Below are positions 54,290-64,000 of a stretch of 64,000 nt of DNA, one piece after another. The stretch is from Octopus vulgaris (lineage: Eukaryota), in assembly GCA_951406725.2 (NCBI GenBank), contig OX597822.1, positions 49,910,001-49,974,000 on the forward strand, written 5' to 3'. The notes below the pieces were generated by a model. The model made no database searches, was not told the DNA's origin, and was given only the letters and a program-made list of their open reading frames with translations. The translations under genes were made by a program, and so were the position numbers. Within the stretch, counting starts at the first letter, position 1. Each line of letters opens with the position of its first letter.

Positions 54290-54965
54290 AATAAGTAAGG
54301 TGTCCTCTTCAAGAAGGTGTTGAGTTAATTCTGTAAATGTGTTTTCTTATGTTTGTGGAGAATACACATTACTTGAAAATCAAAAATAAGCGTAACTGAT
54401 CTTGTTGAAAGTTCGTATATGGCATATTTTGAGGCCAAGCTGAGACACCAAGATAAATACTGGGCACCACATAGTGTCTGCAAACAACGTACAATACATT
54501 TGCAACAAAGGACTAAAGGGACAAGGAAAAGTATGAGGTTTGCTATACCAATGATATGGTAGGAACCCTATAATCACGTGGACGACTGCTATTTTTGTAA
54601 CCTAAATTTGAAGTGTATTCACCGTAAAAATCGACAAAGTCTTGTCTATCCTAATCTTGCTTCTGCTATTAGTCCGGTTTCACACTGTGAAGAGCTTCCA
54701 GTTCTCCTTCAATGTCTAGCCTATGGTAACTTTACCCTCAACCAAAGAAGATCCATCACCTGAAGATGACACTAGAAATCAAGACTTTTCAATTGAGACT
54801 TTACCTCAGCATTTCACCCATATGTCGCTGGATGTTATAGTTCTAGACTTGAACCTCACAAAATACTCTGCAGAACTGTTTGAAAGAGAAGAATCTTCTA
54901 CAGAATGGCGTTCATATCAAGTTTTGTCGGAGTCGATATGAAGAGTTCCTTTCTATCCTTACAGA
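54290..54965 (+). mobile_element. Chapaev3-like transposase 5' fragment, duplicate copy 2
   Basis: Paralog of 52127-52800 (DDCYFCNLNLKCIHRKNRQSLVYPNLASAISPVSHCEELPV). Confidence 0.8.
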
Positions 54966-55062
54966 GGAAGAGCTGGTTTAATGTGGAAATGTCAGTGGGC
55001 ATTGAGGTATACAAACGAGAATATTTCAGTGTTTGTGTGCAATTTGAGGACATATACGGGAA

Positions 55063-55655
55063 GTGATAAAAACCAAACATCCAATCAACATCATGGTGTT
55101 TGGAGTGATCACTACTGATGGCGACGTTATATCCCCATTAATCTTCCTATTCGGACTTAGACTCAACGCAGAGGCCTACATCAAGTTTCTGGAGAAGGAG
55201 GTGCTGTCCTGGGTCAGGAGGTTGGCTGCTGGAAGACAATATGTCGTACAACAGGACACTACACCATGCCACACAAGTAGGAAAACCCAGTCATGGTTGC
55301 CAGTGCGAGCACATTAACCCTAACATCTGGCCGCCTAACACTCCAGACTGCACACACTTAATAATTATGTGTGGGGCGCAGCTGAGCGAGAGACCAACAA
55401 AACTCCTTGTAACACCACATATGAACTGAAAGCAGGATTATAGCAGCATTCACCAATTTAAAGAAAGAGACCGTCCAGAAGAGTCGCAGTAGATTTCAAA
55501 GTCGTCTGGAGGAGGTAATTGAAGTAAATGGCGATTTTATTCAATAAATTTGGTCTGTAGTATTTCAAGATATTTTAATGTAATTTTGGTAAATATATCT
55601 GTTAAAATGAGATGTCAGTGTCATTTTCATTTTTGCGTAATTTAGACATTATATA
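55063..55655 (+). mobile_element. maT-like transposase 3' half, duplicate copy 2
   Basis: KTKHPINIMVFGVITTDGDV..QQDTTPCHTSRKTQSWL..WPPNTPDC. Confidence 0.8.
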
Positions 55656-56059
55656 CATCGCAGCCTCTGTGTGTGTGTATGTATTTGTGTGTGTGTATCG
55701 TACAAAGACGATAATTACTTTTGCAGAACAAATCTTGTCTCCTTGTCAACAGTTTTTCAAAATGTCTTTACTTTAAACGCTTTGGTTTCTACTTTCTTAT
55801 TGTTTCTGAAAGGAAACACCCGACATCAGTTATGGTCGTAATAAATGTGAATATATAAAATAATGATTCTTTTTCATTATAAGTTAATAAATAATATTAA
55901 GAAGGATTCAGAAAATAATAATACTAATTTAAAATAGACTGTTTTATTGAGCACCAAACTATTTTTACACGAAATGATATACGTAAATATCCCCGAAGAT
56001 ATTCTACATTAAGATCTTTCTTTCTGTCTTTTTCTCCCTCTGTTTCTCTCTCTCTCTCC

Positions 56060-56121
<62 letters not shown>

Positions 56122-56662
56122 ATCTATTTAACTCTGTCTCTTCATATACATATTTCTTTCTACATATATATATGTGTGTACATGTGTATAATGTATAGAT
56201 ATATTTATATATATTCAAATGTGTATAGACGATACATATCCATAGATATTCAAACACACTGGGACATACAAAGGTGTGTTCGTACGATTGCCTATGTGTG
56301 TCTCTGTCTGTGGGTATACGTATATTTACACATATATACTTAGATGTACATTCGCAATAAACATCTCCACATCTCCACACACAAACCCTTTCAAAATATT
56401 ACGTTATAAAAATTTTCGATTGTAGTGACATTAGTTTGCAAATAGCACACATAAATTCTATGAAAAATGTTTTTAACGGCATTACAGAATAGTGTAGAAT
56501 ATATATATAATATAACCACAATATGAATAGTATGGATAGAAAATACAAGTTCACAATCACTGCGCAAGCGACACCAATTTACGTATATTGACCATTATGG
56601 CTGACAGTTTTCTACGTTTTATATGGACGTAAGGATATAAGTCTCTGTGTGTTTATGTTTAT

Positions 56663-56708
<46 letters not shown>

Positions 56709-56757
56709 TTTATTTAAAGCATCAGAAAATTCAACAAAACCTGTACTCTGGTATATA

Positions 56758-56819
<62 letters not shown>

Positions 56820-56845
56820 TATATATGCATATAAATGCATATATA

Positions 56846-57480
56846 GGTTTAGGGCATCATGAAATACGAAAACAACATGAAATACGAGGCAAAATTGGGT
56901 ATGCACACACCGAGTGAAACAAATGGAAAACAAGACAAGTAACATACATAACTATCCTTCATCAGTTGTCGGCTGCTCACCTACTCCCCATTTCAAGCAA
57001 TTCACGACAATATGAGGCTTCGAAAAACAGATTTGGGATTTTGCAGAGGGTCAAAGTTTGTAAAAAAAGCAGGCCACTGGACACATAGAACAAACGAAGC
57101 GAAAGCAAACGTGGAGGTCCTTGGGCCAGACGAGGTAAGGTAGAGAATACGCAGTAGTATTATCTTTGACAAGAGAAAGGATAAGAGAGTAGTCAGATAA
57201 GAATGCGTCTGGTCTGTGCGACAGAGGGAAAGAAAAGAAAGATGATCAGGTGAGGAAACGAAAGAAGATCATGTGAGGCAAAGAAAGATGGACAATGGTT
57301 GCATGTGTGTAAAGAGAGAGAGAGTAAGATGAGAAGAGAAAGAGACAGACAGACAGAAAACGGTGAATGGGAGAAAAATGAATTAGAGAAAGGATGAGAG
57401 AGAATAAATAGAAGGGGGGGGAACGGGAGAAAAAGAATTAGAGATGAGATAGAAAACGAAAGAAGGAGAGAGAAGACAGT
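56846..57480 (-). mobile_element. Unclassified interspersed repeat, inverted relative to 57680-58269
   Basis: For example atgcgtctggtctgtgcgacaga versus tctgtcgcacagaccagacgtat, and tttgggattttgcagagggtcaaa versus tttgaccctccacaaaatcccaaa. Strand label arbitrary. Confidence 0.75.
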
Positions 57481-57547
57481 AGAAGGTAGAGTCGCATCAA
57501 AATTATTAAGATAAGCTTACTTGGAAATAAATGCGTGGCGTTCAATC

Positions 57548-58269
<722 letters not shown>

Positions 58270-58560
58270 ATATATGTAAATATATATATGCATATATATA
58301 TATTTATATGTAAGTATGTACATATATTGTATGTGTATATGCATATATATGTGTGTGTGTGTGTCTATATGTGTGTATGTATATATATATGTGTGTATGT
58401 GTGTATGCATATATATATATATGTGTGTGTGTAATTTAAAAATAGGATAAAATCTTTATAAGAATTTATTAGGTATTTAAGAACATTAAGAAAATACTTC
58501 AACATACAAATCCACATAAAGAATCGTGCAAACCAAATCCAAAATTGAATTATATATATA

Positions 58561-58611
<51 letters not shown>

Positions 58612-58641
58612 TATAATGTTGATGTGACTCTACCCTCTCCT

Positions 58642-58676
<35 letters not shown>

Positions 58677-60063
58677 TTCACTCTCTCTCTTTATATACTT
58701 GCACGGACACGTACACGCAGACACTCACATAATATATATTTACACACATGTAACGGTAATTTGTTACAATTTCCTTCCATTACCAAACAAAGTAAAAGAA
58801 AATAACTCACATTTCCAACTCTTAATCCAAAATTATAAGCAGGTATGTTCGTGTTTATCAATTTATTTAATATCCGCAACATATTTATTTAGTAAAGTTT
58901 TTATATATATTTATTCACGATCCATATTGATTATCAGCTCATAATATTTTAAAGCTTGAATCAAAGCAAAATGAGCAAACGATCGGCAATAATCAATAGC
59001 TCACACATACTTTATCAATGAGTCGAAATATATTTCGAAATGTGTGATTGATTCAATTCTATAATTGGTTATCAACCTATTAAACACAATTGTACCAAAT
59101 GCAGTCGCTATGGGATTTGAAGTTTTAGATATATTACTTAATGAAACGACATGTTTATTCACTAATTCATGGTTCCTAACCATTTCATTCACTTAGCTTT
59201 TACACATGGTATTTGCTATTCGATTGGTTATTTTCATAACATTCTAATTAAGGAATGACAGTCTCTACCGTCACAGGTACTCGTGAAAGACTGAAAATCA
59301 CTTCAGTTATATTCTAGCGTAGACCACCACTCATCAATGGTACTACAATCCGGTAGATATTGATATATTGAAAAGCTCATCCATATTTGCAGACATTCAT
59401 GTCAGAATCCAAATGCTCACAGCAACATCAGAGACAGAATTATATAATGGTGGCGTTCGTTTCTCAAGTTAATAGGGTATTTCTTGAGAAATATTGGCTA
59501 TTTCCAGCAAAGTGGCAATCTGATAGTTTTCCCCGTTAGAAATGCGTATCTTTTTTCAACTAAATCGGAGCAAGAAAATCTGAACCAGCAAGAAAACAGT
59601 ATTTTATCAACCTCTAGTTGTAATAAGCACGCGTCCTAAACGTAAAGTGAAGCAGGTGTCTATGAGTATTTCTGTAATACTTAGATGTAACAAAACTGTA
59701 TTCTTCGTAAAGAAAAAACTGGTAATATATGTCAGTATGATGTGTGCATCCATAATACTATTACAAACTGCGTGTCAATTCAAGCTACAATGATACAGAA
59801 GAAAAATGATAGATACGGATGCACACACACACACACACACAGAGACAGACACAAATAAAGGTAGTAGGTAAAAAAGGAGTGAGGGTGAGAGAGAAAGAGA
59901 AATAATGACATAGAGAGAGAGAGAGAAAGAGACATCAAAAGAGAGAGAGTATGTGTGTGTAACAAAATTGAGAATAAAGGGAAAAAAATTAGTAATTGGT
60001 TGGTTGCACAGGGACATGTAATTCCAAATTGCAATTAATCATAGAAGCGTGCTTCTGGGTCAG

Positions 60064-60404
60064 GGTATGCAGAATTACGTAGTGGTATGGAAATTTGACA
60101 TTTTCATGAAGTTATATTCTTTTGACTTGTTAAATAACAAAATAGACATATATCTGTATGTACATTAACAATTTGCATTCGATATTTTAGATAAATACGG
60201 ACACACACACACACACACGCACAGATAAACACACATATGTTGCGTGTATATGTATATGAGTATTTAACATAAAATAACACACTGAAAGTATTAACGTACA
60301 CGTGAACATTTGTAATGTGTGTCGATTATCTTAGTTCAGAACCGCAAAAAATAAGCGACTTCCAAATGTCAAATTTTCATACCACTACGTTCTTTTTGCA
60401 TACC
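60064..60404. mobile_element. MITE-like element with about 40-bp inverted repeats
   Basis: ggtatgcagaattacgtagtggtatggaaatttgacattt (60064-60103) versus aaatgtcaaattttcataccactacgttctttttgcatacc (60364-60404). Confidence 0.65.
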
Positions 60405-60481
60405 GCTCCTCACAATTACGGTCCTAGGCATAATTGTAATTTCTAAATGCATGTGTATGTTTGAGTGTGTGGATGTGTGTG

Positions 60482-60515
<34 letters not shown>

Positions 60516-60681
60516 AGTGCATGCCCGAGTTTACACATACATGCACATACATATATCCATAGAAGCGTGTGAATATATATACTTGTATATTATATTTGTG
60601 TTTGTGTTTGTCTGTGTTGGCATAACTATATGTATATAGGTGTGTATAAATATATAGTTGTACATATGTATTATATACACA

Positions 60682-60730
<49 letters not shown>

Positions 60731-61962
60731 TACACTGTGCTAGTCAGACATCACATAATTCATATATCAGAAAAAAATTAACATTCACAAAATCACACCC
60801 AACAACTCACATATTATAAGAATAAAACTGAAAATAACGTCTTGGAAATATTGTGATAAAAATAGAAAGGATATAGAAATATGTTAGTATAGACGTGGCA
60901 AATTAAAGGAAAATGAAATGTTAAAGAGAAAAGAGAAAATGTTGGTAAATGTGTGATGAAGGAAAATGAGGCACTTAGATGAAATGGAAAGTGAATAAAA
61001 GGAGCGTGAGAAAGTGAAGGGAGGGTTCATTCAGATACCAATGATAATGTGAGAGTACGGTGTTTTCTCGTGTGGTTAAAAGTAGGTTCGGTTCAATGGA
61101 GGAATGTAGATAACTATATTAAAGTGTAGTTATATCTTTCTAAATTTGGCTCAGGATCAGCAGTTTTGAGGCAGTTTTGAACCCTGTGCTTGAACTTGCT
61201 CTCGTTTTATCCACCCATGAAAGCTGAGTTGGACCCAAAATCTAACGATTCGGGCAGTTCGACCCCTTAATATTTTAGTTGTGTGAGTTTCACTTATCCA
61301 CATTGGTATATATTTCTGTTCCCAAAATTATTGTAGGCTTATTAATTACATTCGCCCTAACGCCTTTTTTCTTAAATCTATAATTGTGTTCTATAGTACA
61401 ATACATCAACGAAAAGAAATACTTAACTTATCAGCAATTTAATGCTTTATCTTGCTACCAAGAAAGTGTTAAGTATACATAATATCTGTCCATTGATATT
61501 AATGATCATAGTTAAAAGTTGTACACAGTCTATACAAAATGTCCGCGAACCTATTGTATTTACACATACATCACTTACAATCAGGAAAAACGTAGTGTTA
61601 GGTAAAAATCTATAGATATGTCTTCAGTGTTATATATAGGAATGATTATAATATTATACAATGCAAAATATACATTATAATAACGAAATGAAACACTCTT
61701 GTAACATCATATATTTTTATGACATATATATACAATTAGTTATGTTATTCATACGTTATCGACTGAGGAATAAAGACATCGAATCATTCAACACCATTAC
61801 ATTATGTTATCAACCCGCTTAATTGATAAGTCAAGTGAGTCTATAAGAACACCTTGATTGATATTTCAAGAGAAAGTTTTTACCCTCAAATTATATAATG
61901 CAGAATATTCAACTCATTTCTCAATCGTCTTAAGAATTTTACGAATTTTTGTGTATGCTTAA

Positions 61963-62177
61963 GGCGGCGAGCTGGCAGAAACGTTAGCACGCCGGGCGAA
62001 ATGCTTAGCGGGATTTCATCCGTCTTTACGTTCGGAGTTCAAATTCCGCCGAGGTCAAATTTGCCTTTCATCCTTTCGGGGTCGATAAATAAAGTGCTAG
62101 TTACGTACTGGGGGTCGATCTAATCGACTGGTCCCCTTCCCCAAAATGTTGGGCCTTGTACCTAGAGTAGAAAAAAA
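61963..62177 (+). mobile_element. tRNA-derived SINE family B, best-preserved copy
   Basis: ggcggcgagcTGGCAGAAACGttagc (A-box-like)...GAGTTCAAATTCC (B-box)...tttgcctttcatcctttcggggtcgataaa...A-rich end. Confidence 0.9.
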
Positions 62178-64000
62178 TTCATATGTATGCTTATACAGGC
62201 ACATATGCGATATTATATGTATGCATGTGCATGTACTTTTGCGCACGTGTGTGTATTCTGGTGCATAAATATGTGAGTACATTGATTCTGAGGGATGAGC
62301 GAGATAAGAAGGCTTACTCAGGTAGCTACAAAAAGACAGTTTAATAGCATAATGTATTTTATCGTTGTACACCACTCTTTCTCAATGAGAAGAAGCAGCT
62401 GAAAACCTAAATGGTGTTGCAAATTTCATTTTATACCTAACTATTTGTAAAGATGTCTCAGAGTAATTGCCAAATCTGCATCACAACAGCTAAGACTCGC
62501 ATGGAGAATCCGAGAATATATCAGCCGTAATTAGTAACCGACCAGCAACAAATGTCAAGTTAAAACAGACCTGATTATTGCTAAGATTTGAAAGCTTGTA
62601 TTTCTAGTATCCACAAAACACCTAAGTGCTTTGCAAGTGAAGGCGATTTGATCAATATACCATCACAAGATACTTAAACCATGACTTATTTATTCGATAG
62701 TTCTTCACTCTACATTTTATGCCCATATGACAATGGTTCTCACTCCTTTTCAAGTCCTTAAAATCTTGTTTGATCCACCAGTTTCTGTCCATCTTTCAGC
62801 GTTTCCTTTTACACAGTATACCAGGTACTGTATTAAGTATTTCACGGAGGCCATCCTAAGCATAATCGCAAAGCAATAAAAATCTTGTACTAGTCCCTAT
62901 TTTATACTTTAGGCATCAACTTGCAGATACTAAATCTAAACATCATTCACATCACTTTCATAGTCTCACATCATATACAACAGTCAAGGAAACTGTTTAA
63001 TTGCATATTAATTCATAGCATGATCATAGGTTAATGAAGAATGATTTCTCTCTGACTGATTCTTCCTGGTAAGGCCGCATGAAATATAGTTCTTCATTGC
63101 TGACGTAGAGAAATGATATTTGATTTTCAAATTCGTCGTACGTTACATCTAAGCATGAATTTTTGTCTAAGAATTTAAAAAGAACAGCCACAGTTCTTTT
63201 TCCATCTATTCTTCTACCTTATATATTCAGTACTTTTATTGATATGTGCATGATATCGAAAGAAGAAAGTATTGTATGTACAATGTAATGAATAATAAGC
63301 TCATTGATTTATTACTTTCTCAAAGAATATGATCTCTAGATACATGTGAAACATGTCTTTACGTATATAGACATAGTATTGTGGGAAATAAAACGCATAA
63401 CATTATGTGGAGTTGGAGTGTTGGTTTATATGCAGTATCAGACTTTTTATTCATCGCTTAGAAGTTAATATAAACAGACTGCATTCATTAGTGTTCTTGG
63501 GTAGAAAGCTTGATCGAACGGTTATTGCCATTTTCACATAGCTATACATAAATATGCAATGAATGAGGTCAGATTATTGCCTGATTTTAGCTTCTGTAAT
63601 ATCAAAGGAAAGATGTATTTATCTTTTAACTGTAGCTTGAAACTGCACTCCAACACTAATCCTCAAATTGTTGCTCTGTTGGCAATAAATGCTATTTAAA
63701 ATTTTGCGTGTGCTGGTATAACTGAATCATTTAAGAAAAGGTTATTTCATTTTAAAAACTCCTACAATAATTCAGACAATAGACGAAGTGATATTTTATC
63801 AAATGAGTTTATATTGATAGGATAGAATGAATATTTGCAATAGAAACGTGTTCCTTGATTTTCACAAATAAAGTGTTATTAATATACGATTCTGCAACTA
63901 CTGAGTAGTGTATGGAAGCAGTACTTAAAGAAATGCAAAAATAATAGCATTAAATTATATGTCATCACGGATTATTGAAACAAGAAAAATATACACTTGC

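Larger units (their letters stand above)
51556..55802. repeat. Tandem duplication, unit about 2.16 kb (51556-53723 and 53720-55802)
   Basis: Colinear copies offset by 2164 bp; ATTG shared at the start, junction and end; (TG)n length differs between copies. Confidence 0.95.

Noticed and set aside
62690-63110. Possible very old LINE fragment on the minus strand
   Set aside because: Too degraded to recover any diagnostic motif.

Overview
AT-rich, repeat-saturated metazoan genomic DNA with no host protein-coding exon, rRNA or intact tRNA that I can support; nearly all listed ORFs are microsatellite read-throughs or transposon debris. The SINE families and the density of (TA)n/(CA)n/(AAT)n/(GA)n tracts resemble Octopus (coleoid cephalopod) genomes, an inference from memory. 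Recognisable content: two tRNA-derived SINE families (about 10 copies), an RTE-like LINE fragment, stacked R4/Dong-like 3' ends in (TAA)n, Penelope-like RT/GIY-YIG remnants, decayed Tigger/pogo, mariner, maT-like and Chapaev3-like DNA transposons, and a 2.1 kb tandem duplication. The most interesting signal is a set of short, mostly microsatellite-anchored elements with fold-back arms and/or minimal hammerhead-ribozyme folds: a canonical CUGAUGA core (42264), a G3-C8 swapped core present on both strands of a 286 bp palindrome (49842-50127), and an A6U core with a vestigial stem III in two copies (23028, 33535). A CpG-rich HSE/NF-kB/CRE/NRF1 motif cluster near 29.0 kb is a candidate regulatory element.
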